From the NCBI GenBank assembly GCA_051382335.1, contig JBBCAX010000094.1, positions 910 through 64,909 of the forward strand: a DNA stretch of 64,000 bases, given 5' to 3'. Numbering within the stretch: the stretch's first letter is position 1; each line of letters opens with the position of its first letter. The notes beneath the pieces were generated by a model. It searched no databases. It was not told the DNA's origin and saw only the letters and a program-made list of their open reading frames with translations. Source of the stretch: Deltaproteobacteria bacterium TL4 (GTDB lineage Bacteria; SAR324; NAC60-12). The position numbers and the translations under genes were made by a program. Positions 51,317 through 59,995 of the stretch are shown here, in pieces.

Positions 51317-51415
51317 TCAATTATAGACTTTTTCAATTATAGACTTTCAGATAAATCGTTCCTGGGAATGCGGGCAAGATGCCCGCGTTCTCAGAACAAA
51401 ACTTTTCTGGAGAAG
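51317..51415. repeat. E-family repeat, copy E2; includes a 15 bp tandem duplication (TCAATTATAGACTTT x2)
   Basis: TATAGACTTTCAGATAAATCGTTCCTGGGAATGCGGGCAAGATGCCCGCG... is about 75% identical to 19333-19430. Lies in the divergent intergenic region. Confidence 0.5.
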
Positions 51416-51456
51416 TATAACAACTCGGGGTTGCCTCTAAGTTCGGCCATTTTGAC

Positions 51457-51524
51457 GGTAGCCCTGGGTTTCGTCCCAGGGGATACTGCGCACATTGTTC
51501 CTCGGGGCGAAACCCGAGGCTACC
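51457..51524. ncRNA. F-family structured element, copy F2: outer 7 bp stem (GGTAGCC/GGCTACC) enclosing two hairpins (CCTGGG/CCCAGG and CCTCGGG/CCCGAGG); candidate small structured RNA or REP-like unit
   Basis: Shares architecture with 4180-4248. Stems are conserved with compensatory substitutions while the loops differ. Confidence 0.4.
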
Positions 51525-51735
51525 CCTGGCTGAAGTTAGACCCAACCCCAACAACTCTTTGTCCTATAGAACTTGTAAACGAAAAAATAAAGATCTAGAA
51601 TTTTAAAAAGAGAGAAATGTTGCGGACAAACGCGAAAAATGTTACGAACAGGAAAGAGCTGTTTTTTTTAGCAAGAGTCTCTCCGTCTGCAAATCTCATT
51701 GTCATCATTATGAAATCTTAAGAAGAGGGGTAACA

Positions 51736-52716
51736 ATGTTCTCAACAATAATGCGGTTACTATTCAAGGTCGGTGTGGGATTGTGTCTTTGGACCTTCAG
51801 TCATACCACTCTTTATGCGGAAACCTGCTATGTGCTCATCAAGAAGGCAGGAAATTTTGATCCGAAAATCATTGAGGCTTCTTCAATATCCCTGATGGCT
51901 CAACATGTTGAACCTGTTGAGCCTCCGCCTTATTCTGGAATCCGTTCTTCTGATTGTGCCTATACGGTTAGTGTGAGCGAGTCGATGCAAGGCTTTTTGG
52001 TCCTGATTTCAGGTCGAAAAATTAATGCGATGGGTAATTCGAGGATCCCGGGGTTGGATGGGGTGAATCAAGCCATGCTCAGAGCCTTTTATCGAACGGT
52101 AAACCCCCAGGAGCAACAACAGATCTGTACCCGTTATCCGCAATTGATGAAAGAGGATTGTAAAACCATTTCCGCCACTATTTTCTTTTTTGATGGCCAG
52201 GGTCGCATGATTGAGGAAGGCAGTACTGTTAAAAAAGGAGATGAGTTTAATGTCATGTTGAAGCCGGACGGAGATCTTTACGCTTATGTCCTCAATCAAG
52301 ACACCCAGGGAAATTTTTTCCGGATCTTTCCGAACCAGGAGGTTTCCCCTCAGACCAACCCTTTAAAAGACCGTACTTCTTATACTTTTCCGACTAAGAC
52401 CAGTGGACTGATCTTCAGTTTTGATGAAAACACTGGAGAGGAACATTTTTTCTTTATTTTATCCGCATCGCCCCTGGATGACCTGGATGAGTTGTTCCTG
52501 CAGTTGGAGCAGGCCAAAAGTGAGAAAGCGCGAAATGACGTTCTCCCTTTGTTAGTCAATGCGGTGCGTTCAAGAGGAATGGCGCTGAAAAATAAAAAGA
52601 CGCCGGTCCAAGTGCCTTCCTCCCAAACCAACATCAAACTGGAAGCTAAAATAGGTGAGCTTGTCGAAGGGAAAGGGGCCCTCGTTAAAACCGTCCGCCT
52701 CAATCATATTCGATAG
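51736..52716 (+). CDS. Secreted hypothetical protein (326 aa)
   Basis: Signal peptide (LLFKVGVGLCLWTFSHTTLYA). No recognised domain. Confidence 0.5.
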   Translation: MFSTIMRLLFKVGVGLCLWTFSHTTLYAETCYVLIKKAGNFDPKIIEASSISLMAQHVEPVEPPPYSGIRSSDCAYTVSVSESMQGFLVLISGRKINAMGNSRIPGLDGVNQAMLRAFYRTVNPQEQQQICTRYPQLMKEDCKTISATIFFFDGQGRMIEEGSTVKKGDEFNVMLKPDGDLYAYVLNQDTQGNFFRIFPNQEVSPQTNPLKDRTSYTFPTKTSGLIFSFDENTGEEHFFFILSASPLDDLDELFLQLEQAKSEKARNDVLPLLVNAVRSRGMALKNKKTPVQVPSSQTNIKLEAKIGELVEGKGALVKTVRLNHIR

Positions 52717-52831
52717 TGGTTTTATTAGGGACGGCTTCATGGAATGGGGAGGGATGAATTGAAACATGGGACGCTCAACAAAAAATACCAATCTTGGCAT
52801 GAGAAAGGAATGATTCGTTTGCGAAAGGAGA

Positions 52832-53196
52832 TTGACCATGATCCGAAAATTAAAATTGGTAAAATTCACAGCCTTTGAAGCTCTGGATATTAATTTTTCT
52901 CCTGGTCTCAATATCTTTGTGGGGGAAAATGGCACAGGAAAAACCCCTATTCTCAAGCAGTTTACTCAGCCTGTGATATCACCAGAAGCCAGAAAAGCCT
53001 TGCTGAAAAACTGACAAATGTGTTTCTTCCGAGCAACAAGGCACTTGGTCGTTTGGTTAGAAGAACCAAGAGGAGTTCCGAAGGTTCCGTGGAAGTGGTT
53101 CGGGAGGTTCAAGGAAAACCAGTTTCCATCAAACTCTTATTTTCCAATCATATAACCACCTTCAATCATAAAAATGGAAGGATGGCGTTCGTCTGA
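52832..53196 (+). pseudogene. N-terminal fragment (about 120 aa, one frameshift) of a RecF/SbcC/AAA_15-type P-loop ATPase
   Basis: IRKLKLVKFTAFEALDINFSPGLNIFVGENGTGKT is the classic ABC/SMC-head N-terminus plus Walker A. The frame breaks at 53012. In the -1 frame the next 61 codons read ...ALGRLVRRTKRSSEGSVEVVREVQGKPVSIKLLF..., resembling SbcC/Rad50 strand 2. It stops at 53196, and the remainder of the gene is absent. Confidence 0.45.
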
Positions 53197-53290
53197 AATT
53201 TCACATAAAATAAATTTCATTCAGGGGTATTGCCCCAAGTCCCCAATGTGCAGAAAAGTATGGAAACAACTAGTTGTGCTTTTGGCACAG

Positions 53291-54586
53291 CTATAATTGA
53301 AGGTCAACGTTTGGTCGGTAAGGGGGTAAGCAAATACGAAATGTGGCGCCCTGCCCTCTTTGGCTTTCGACTTCGATCTTTCCTTGATGGGATTTAATAA
53401 TGCCATGAGATATGGATAACCCCAATCCCGTTCCTTTTCCAACCTCTTTGGTAGTAAAAAAGGGATCAAATATATTTTCAAGGTCCTCGGGTTTAATGCC
53501 TTCTCCCGTGTCTCTGACCTCAATCACCACATAACCGTCTTTTTGATAAGTGCGTATCCACAACTCCTTTTGAGACACGTAGTCCATCGCGTCTTTGGCA
53601 TTGGTAAATAAATTTGTAAGGACCTGCTCAAGCTGACTGGGATTGCAATAAAGAGCAGGGAGGTCCTTTGAATATTCTTTAAAAACGATCACTCCCTGTA
53701 ATTTGATCTGTTCATTCACCAAGATAAATGAGTCTTCTATAATTCGGTCAACAGTCTCAACTCTGAATTCCTGCAATTGAGAATCCTGCCCAAAGGTTCG
53801 CAGATGATTCGTAATCTTGGAAGCTCGTTCAACTTGTCCCAAGACCGCCTCGAGAGAAGGACGAGGGTCTTGAATCCTTTCAGTTTCCCAGGAGTTTATC
53901 AGATTCTCACAATAAACCTGAATGATGCTCAGTGGTTGGTTGAGTTCATGCGCTATGCCTGTGGCAACTTCCCCCAATGACGCTAATTTTGCGGATTGAA
54001 TGAGCTGAGCCTGGGTTTCTCTCAGTTCCTTATTTGCCTGCTGAAGTTGATGAATTGCTTGTTGTAAGCGCTCTTGAGTCAACTTGTTTTCCAGCACCTC
54101 TTTTCCAATACTCACATAATTAACGATCAGGCCCTGATCATTTTTAATTGAAGACAACACCTCTTCCACATGGAAAAAGGATCCGTTTTTATTTTTGTTG
54201 ATGAACTCGGCTTGAAACGTTTCGCCTTTCGAAAGGGTTGACCACAACTCCTCATAAAACAACTTACTCTGTTTTCCCGATTTAAACAAACTTGGTTTTT
54301 GGCCTAGTAACTCCGCTTGCGCATACCCGCTTTTCTTCTCAAAAGCAGGGTTCACATATTTAATCGCACCCTCTTTATTGGTAATCATGATTTGATTTGT
54401 GGTTTGTTCGACCGCATCCGTCAGGATTTTTAAGAGAGTTTCCTTTTTATTTTCATCACTCACAGAGATGAGGTCATCATTGCCAACCAATATATTCAAC
54501 ATAAGCTTTTCCAATATTTCTAAAGCATTTCTTAAAATAATAATGGAGCCGTCAAAATTACTGAATCCGCCCTGCTTTATACCCAC
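53291..54586 (-). CDS. Cytoplasmic PAS-HisKA-HATPase_c sensor histidine kinase
   Basis: PAS region; H-box IAHELNQPLSI; N-box NLFTNAKDAM; G-boxes DTGEGI and GTGLGLSI. No TM segments. Confidence 0.85.
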   Translation of the reverse strand: MGIKQGGFSNFDGSIIILRNALEILEKLMLNILVGNDDLISVSDENKKETLLKILTDAVEQTTNQIMITNKEGAIKYVNPAFEKKSGYAQAELLGQKPSLFKSGKQSKLFYEELWSTLSKGETFQAEFINKNKNGSFFHVEEVLSSIKNDQGLIVNYVSIGKEVLENKLTQERLQQAIHQLQQANKELRETQAQLIQSAKLASLGEVATGIAHELNQPLSIIQVYCENLINSWETERIQDPRPSLEAVLGQVERASKITNHLRTFGQDSQLQEFRVETVDRIIEDSFILVNEQIKLQGVIVFKEYSKDLPALYCNPSQLEQVLTNLFTNAKDAMDYVSQKELWIRTYQKDGYVVIEVRDTGEGIKPEDLENIFDPFFTTKEVGKGTGLGLSISHGIIKSHQGKIEVESQRGQGATFRICLPPYRPNVDLQL

Positions 54587-55302
54587 TTTTCGGTTCTGGA
54601 ATTTTCCTTCACCTGTTCTTTTAACTCAATATATAGTTGATCAAATTTAAGTTCCAAGAAAGAGAGTGTATTTGCAAAAATCACAAGCCCATTACTCACC
54701 GCATCTGAGTACAAATTAGCTCCATTTCGTATTCTCTGCAATAAATTATTCAGAACATGATTCAGCATCTTGAGTTGACCCTTAAATTTTTCCAGATTAT
54801 GAGGAGCACCGGGTGATGTGAACGATTCTTCAACCAGGAAGGTCGAAAATAGCACATAAAACAGTTTATCCGGATTTGCACTCGGTAAATAATTACGGCG
54901 TTCCCATTGGTGGTGTTTAAATACGGAGCATTTTGAATACAATAAAATGAACCACATGGTGTTGAAGAATAGGGTTTGAGCATCCCCCTTGATGCGAATT
55001 TCAGTGACCTCTTCTGGATAGATAGTCATCAGACCATTCACTATGGAGTCCTTATTAGAAAAAAAGTTAATGATTTCTTCTAGTTCCACTCCCAAGCGAC
55101 AATAGTCAATCTCAGGACCATGTGCTATATTTCCAGGGCAGGACATACAGTCAAAACTTGTCCAGAAGGGAACAGTCTCCTTTTTTATTGAAGAATTGGG
55201 ATCTATAAAAAGTTCCTCATTATCGTCGAATTTAATTCTGGCACTTGGAAAAATCATAATCTTTCGGATTCCTTTCAATTTAAGACAGTCCTCTAACTCC
55301 AT
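54577..55302 (-). CDS. Uncharacterised Cys-containing protein translationally coupled to the PAS kinase (putative sensory accessory subunit)
   Basis: 241 aa. Its stop overlaps the kinase start by 10 bp. Cys at 6, 52, 55 (CMSC), 68 and 125. I recognise no family. Confidence 0.5.
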   Translation of the reverse strand: MELEDCLKLKGIRKIMIFPSARIKFDDNEELFIDPNSSIKKETVPFWTSFDCMSCPGNIAHGPEIDYCRLGVELEEIINFFSNKDSIVNGLMTIYPEEVTEIRIKGDAQTLFFNTMWFILLYSKCSVFKHHQWERRNYLPSANPDKLFYVLFSTFLVEESFTSPGAPHNLEKFKGQLKMLNHVLNNLLQRIRNGANLYSDAVSNGLVIFANTLSFLELKFDQLYIELKEQVKENSRTEKWV

Positions 55303-55757
55303 TCACAAGAAAAGGAGCATCCCGCTTCTTTTTTAGTCCGGCGATTAATCACTGGACTCAAATCAGATAGTCTCTAACGGGACAAAAAATCTGTTTTCTT
55401 ACAGTTGTGAATGCGTCAGTTGGAGACTCTCCCCATCAGCAAAGGTACACAGGATTAACCTGTGCAAACTATAAGCCACTATTTCTTGCTGTGAATTTTC
55501 CTGTGATAAAGAAAATGAAGGATGAGTTAGCGTAGTAACCCCTCAAAATTCAAGGCTGTGATGTGTTCCGTTTTCGTTTATACACCCTACAAAATAAGCC
55601 ATTACAAGAAAATTTACAGGAAGTGTATTTTTGAAAGGTGCCATTTTTTCGTATTCTTTCGTGGTTTTATTGAGGAGGGGCATTATCATATTCTACTTGA
55701 TTGATAAAAATCTGATTGTATACTCTCGATTATCGAGATATCTACCCTTTCTTCAAA

Positions 55758-55949
55758 TATAGACGTTCATTTAAATAAATTCCTTTGAGTCTAACCTAGA
55801 CGGTGGAGTACCAAAGCTTGCTTTGGCCAAAGCCAAAGAAAGGCCATCGCCTTTCTGGCCAAAGCAAGCTTTGGCACTCCTGAAACAGCGTTGTTTAAAC
55901 GGATCACGCAACAGGATGAGTTTTCTGAATATATTTAAATGAACATCTA
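55758..55949. mobile_element. A-family MITE-like element, copy A2 (192 bp): TIRs TATAGACGTTCATTTAAATAAATTC / rc TAGATGTTCATTTAAATATATTC and an internal roughly 25 bp stem hairpin
   Basis: Read directly. Lies about 180 bp upstream of the first GT2 gene. Confidence 0.6.
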
Positions 55950-56126
55950 ATTGGTCTTTAAAAAAATATTGACAAAGACATGTCGATATTGGCAACGTCT
56001 CAATTTGTTACTCTAATTTGAACCACGCCGAATTTTTGGTGGGTTACGCTGCGCTAACCCTCCCTACAACTTTGTTCAGGCTTAAGTGAGTCGCCTTGAG
56101 CTAACCGAGAACCAACGCTCAGCCTA

Positions 56127-57014
56127 TTGAAAATGATGTCAAAACTCTGTGCCATAGTTGTCAGCTATCATCCTGACGCCAGTCTGATTGAAAATATTAA
56201 TGCCTTGTTGGCTGAAGTTGAAGAAGTCATTATTGTTGATAATGGTTCCGGGGGAGAAGCGAAAACCCGGATATCGCAACTGGAACAAGGACGGTCCCTC
56301 ACCGTAATTCAAAATGAATCCAATCTGGGAATTGCTACAGCGTTGAATCAAGGCGTCCGGTACGCCTTAAGTAAAAACTATGACTGGATCGCGACCTTTG
56401 ATCAAGATAGCCTGATCACTCCAGGATTCTTTCAAAAAATGCGGTTGGCCTATCAAACCTGTCCATTTCAACAACAAGTCGCGCTCATCACTCCCATTTA
56501 TTTTGATCCAGGGACTCAAGCCTTTACCAAATCCAGAAAGTGTACGGGAACCACTCCTTATGCCGAAATAATCGCGAACATGACCTCTGGAACCCTGATC
56601 AAAAAAGAGATTTTCCAGACGGTGGGTTTCTTTAAAGAGGATTATTTTGTGGATTATGTGGATTATGAATTCTGCCTTCGTGTTCGAAAACACGGCTTCC
56701 GTATCCTCCAAGCCTGCGGTGCCGTTTTAAATCACCAAAGAGGACACATGACCAAGCACCAAATCCTTTCAAAACCCTTATTAACCAGTAATCATCCACC
56801 CGTCAGACGCTATTACAACGCCCGAAACCGGATGCTTTTTTACAAGTCTTACTGGAAACAGGAACCGATTTTTTTAATCAGGGATTTTATAGATTTTTCT
56901 TATGATGTAATCAAAATTATTCTGCTGGAAGCTGATAAGTCGGCTAAGCTAAAAAAACTTTTTCTGGGGATTTGGCATGGAATCGTCGGAAAGACAGGCC
57001 CTTATGGACGCTAA
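56127..57014 (+). CDS. Family 2 glycosyltransferase (rhamnosyltransferase-like)
   Basis: GT-A N-terminus CAIVVSYHPDA...IIVDNGS with DxD (FDQD) block. Confidence 0.8.
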   Translation: MKMMSKLCAIVVSYHPDASLIENINALLAEVEEVIIVDNGSGGEAKTRISQLEQGRSLTVIQNESNLGIATALNQGVRYALSKNYDWIATFDQDSLITPGFFQKMRLAYQTCPFQQQVALITPIYFDPGTQAFTKSRKCTGTTPYAEIIANMTSGTLIKKEIFQTVGFFKEDYFVDYVDYEFCLRVRKHGFRILQACGAVLNHQRGHMTKHQILSKPLLTSNHPPVRRYYNARNRMLFYKSYWKQEPIFLIRDFIDFSYDVIKIILLEADKSAKLKKLFLGIWHGIVGKTGPYGR

Positions 57015-58053
57015 AGTTTACATTATTCTGCTCAACTGGAATAGCTGGATTCATACGATAGAGTGTTTGGAAAGCCTTTTCCGGAGTCAGCATCCCTCCT
57101 GGCAGATTATTGTTTGTGATAACCATTCTGAAGATCAATCCTTAGCGCAGATCAAAGCCTGGGCTGAAGGTAAAAATGAACTCACTGCTACGATTTTACC
57201 TCAACTCCAACACCTGGTATTTCCCCCGATTCCCAAACCTGTTCCCTATGTCGAATATGACACACAAACTCTGCCTCAAGCCAAGAAAACCCAAGCAACG
57301 ACCCGCTTGATCCTCATTCAAACCGGAGCCAATTTAGGTTTTTCAGGAGGATGCAATGTAGGACTCCGTTATGCCATGCAGTGTGACGATTTTGAATACG
57401 TTTGGCTACTCAACAATGATACGGTGGTTAAACCCAATGCGCTTTCCTTGATGATAAAAAAAATTCAGAGTGCTCCTGATTATGGAATCTGCGGCTCCAC
57501 CTTGGCCTACTATCACCGACCGGAAATCATCCAAACGCGGGGAGGTAACGCCTATAACCGGATTTTAGGAACAACACGTCATCTTGGTTTCGGAGAAGCG
57601 TTATTGTCTCCTGTTGAGGAGACTTGTGTGGAAAAACAAATGGCCTGTGTGATTGGAGCAAGCATGTTGGTCCGCAAGCAGGTTCTCAAGCAAGTGGGAC
57701 TGCTCAGTGAGGAATATTTTCTGTATTTTGAAGAGCTGGACTGGGCCATCCGTGCCGGTAAAATGGGATTTCGCCTGGCTTATGCTTCACAAAGTACGAT
57801 TTATCACAAAGAAGGCGCCTCTATCGGCGGTGGTAATCGAAACCGAAGTGAAAAAAATCTTCGTTCCGATTATTATGAAATTCGGAATCGCCTTGTCCTG
57901 GCGCGAAAATTTTATCCTTGGGCACTTCCGACCGTTTGCCTGGCACTGGGCATTACCCTCATCAACAGAATCCGACGACATCAATGGGATCGAATTCCGA
58001 TGATTTTTAAAACCATTCGGGATGCCTTCCGTGTTCCCCTCCCGCCCCAATGA
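57004..58053 (+). CDS. Family 2 glycosyltransferase
   Basis: VYIILLNWNSW...IIVCDNHSED GT-A signature. Start chosen at MDAKVY, 11 bp overlap with the upstream GT2. The ORF could begin at 56977. Confidence 0.75.
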   Translation: MDAKVYIILLNWNSWIHTIECLESLFRSQHPSWQIIVCDNHSEDQSLAQIKAWAEGKNELTATILPQLQHLVFPPIPKPVPYVEYDTQTLPQAKKTQATTRLILIQTGANLGFSGGCNVGLRYAMQCDDFEYVWLLNNDTVVKPNALSLMIKKIQSAPDYGICGSTLAYYHRPEIIQTRGGNAYNRILGTTRHLGFGEALLSPVEETCVEKQMACVIGASMLVRKQVLKQVGLLSEEYFLYFEELDWAIRAGKMGFRLAYASQSTIYHKEGASIGGGNRNRSEKNLRSDYYEIRNRLVLARKFYPWALPTVCLALGITLINRIRRHQWDRIPMIFKTIRDAFRVPLPPQ

Positions 58054-58118
58054 CGTCTTTATTCAAGAACCTGCGTAAACATCCCGTTGTTCTCACGGCT
58101 GCCGACCATGAAATACCA

Positions 58119-58236
58119 GGTGGTTGTCCGAGAAGGAGTTGTAGGGTGCGCTTAAGCGAAGCAAGCGCACCAGAAACGCTGTCCTCTTGTGGTGCGCTCG
58201 CTTCGCTTAAGCGGCACCCTACTTATGCTCAACACC
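58119..58236. repeat. B-family long-palindrome element, full copy B3: 22 bp leader plus roughly 33 bp arms (GTAGGGTGCGCTTAAGCGAAGCAAGCGCACCA / TGGTGCGCTCGCTTCGCTTAAGCGGCACCCTAC) around an 18 nt loop, then the tail TTATGCTCAACACC
   Basis: Arms are near-perfect reverse complements. The leader is shared with 4461-4481. Confidence 0.6.
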
Positions 58237-58240
58237 TATT

Positions 58241-58316
58241 CTATAGACGTTCATTTAAATAAATTCATTTGAGTCTAACCCAGACTGTGGAGTACCAAAG
58301 CAAGCTTTGGCACTCC
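58241..58316. mobile_element. A-family element, internally deleted copy A3 (left TIR and one hairpin arm only)
   Basis: CTATAGACGTTCATTTAAATAAATTCATTTGAGTCTAACCCAGACTGTGGAGTACCAAAGCAAGCTTTGGCACTCC is about 90% identical to A2 over the shared segments. No right TIR. Confidence 0.5.
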
Positions 58317-58374
58317 TTATAATAGGCGAGCACCGGCTCTTTGTGCTGCCGGAGCGAATCGGCTGCGCGGCAAA

Positions 58375-59691
58375 TCATTTTTTCAAAAGCGTATAGACTT
58401 CTTCCTGAAAGAATTGGGTAATCATTTCAGGGTCGGCAATGACCGCTTTATCGGTGGTAACTCCGATCATCACCTGGTTGGCGTAACTTAAAATGCTCAC
58501 ACCGATACAGACACTGTGAGTTTGAGGTACCCAAAACATGATTTGCCTCATTGGAGAGTCGGCCAAATACAGGATTTCCGTAGGGCCAGGGACGTTAGAC
58601 ATGACGCCTGTGCCCTTCAAGGTGAAAATTTTCAAGATCAACGATTCGAGGAATAACGGAAACATTCCGATCACATTCAAGATCGCAAAAGAAACAATCG
58701 AGTCATAAGATTTTTTAATATCGCCCATTCGTTTTTGAACTTCTTTCAACCGGTCATCCGCGTTTTCGATGGACAGCGGCAGCGTCAGAAAAACAAGACC
58801 AAAACGATTTCCGAGCGTGATTTCCTGTTCCGCCGCTCTCAAATCCACAGGGATGATAAAACGTGTATTGATGGATTTTTTTAACGCTTGATGCTTTTGT
58901 AAATAACAACGTAAGGCCCCTGTCAATGCGGTAAGCAGGACATCATTGATTTTACATCCCATTTTATGACTCAACGCTTTGACATCATCCAAAGGGATCG
59001 ATTCTGACCAAACGGTGAGTTTTTGCCCTCGGGGTTTGCCTCTCAAAATAGTTTTGGAATCTGGGAGCAGGAAGATCAGTTTTAGCACGGAAAACACAAG
59101 CTTTCCGACTTGTTCCACTCGGTATCGCCATCGCACACTCGCCAATTTCTTTAAGTAGGCATTTAAATCCAGGGAAATCATGGTGGTCGGACTGGTTTGC
59201 GGGGAGTCACTTAATTTTGTTTGGGGCGAAGATTGGCCTTTTGAGACGGCATTACTTTTATCCGTTAAAGAAAGCAACACCCGCACTAAGGCCATTCCGT
59301 CAGCGATACAATGGTGAATACGCACAATCAGCGCTGAACCGCTACCATAAGAATCCACAACATGCATTTGCCACAGAGGTCTCTTGAAATCCAGGGGAAT
59401 GCTCAATAATTGCCCTGCCAGACGCTGAAGATCCTTCTGATCTCCATGCTCGGGAAATGATGCGGTTTGGATATGATAATTCAAATCAAAATAAGGGTCA
59501 TCATGCCAAAGGGGAGTGGTTTGAAGATGGATCACACATTGTCGGAACCTGTCAAATTTCAACAAACGTTCTTGAATGACGACTTTAAATTTTTCTCGAT
59601 CCAACGGCTTATCAAACATCATCACTCCCGCAATCGTCATTGGATTGCCCTCAGTGTCCATCCTGGCCCATGCCGCGTCTGCGTCAGACAT
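58375..59691 (-). CDS. Wax ester synthase / acyl-CoA:diacylglycerol acyltransferase (WS/DGAT); the ORF allows an 82 aa N-terminal hydrophobic extension to 59937
   Basis: Active-site HHxxxDG (IHHCIADGMALV). Family-typical N-terminus MSDADAAWARMDTEGNPMTIAGVMMFDKP begins at 59691. Upstream in-frame codons encode two TM-like helices. Confidence 0.65.
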   Translation of the reverse strand: MSDADAAWARMDTEGNPMTIAGVMMFDKPLDREKFKVVIQERLLKFDRFRQCVIHLQTTPLWHDDPYFDLNYHIQTASFPEHGDQKDLQRLAGQLLSIPLDFKRPLWQMHVVDSYGSGSALIVRIHHCIADGMALVRVLLSLTDKSNAVSKGQSSPQTKLSDSPQTSPTTMISLDLNAYLKKLASVRWRYRVEQVGKLVFSVLKLIFLLPDSKTILRGKPRGQKLTVWSESIPLDDVKALSHKMGCKINDVLLTALTGALRCYLQKHQALKKSINTRFIIPVDLRAAEQEITLGNRFGLVFLTLPLSIENADDRLKEVQKRMGDIKKSYDSIVSFAILNVIGMFPLFLESLILKIFTLKGTGVMSNVPGPTEILYLADSPMRQIMFWVPQTHSVCIGVSILSYANQVMIGVTTDKAVIADPEMITQFFQEEVYTLLKK

Positions 59692-59995
59692 GACCCCCTC
59701 CCTTCGTTGGGGCAACAAGGCCAGAAACATGGGAGTGACAAAAGGCATCACAACATTCAACGCAGTCCATCCCAAAGGGGAACGGTTAAGGTGTTTTGCC
59801 AGTTTGGGTGTGAACGACACACTGAGGAGATACATCAGCAACAGCAGAATCCCACTTCCTGGAAAGGGGTCCTCACTGGAATAAGTGTAGCCTAACAAAA
59901 GACAAGCAATGATGTGATAAGGCATAAATATTTTCATGGCGACCTCATGGGGGACTATGGTTTTTCGGTGTTATTGGCGATGGGGTTAATCTCCA

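Noticed and set aside
55718-55734. Small palindrome TCTCGATTATCGAGA next to the A2 element
   Set aside because: It could be an operator, but it is a single short AT-rich palindrome with no partner site or adjacent regulator. Insufficient evidence.
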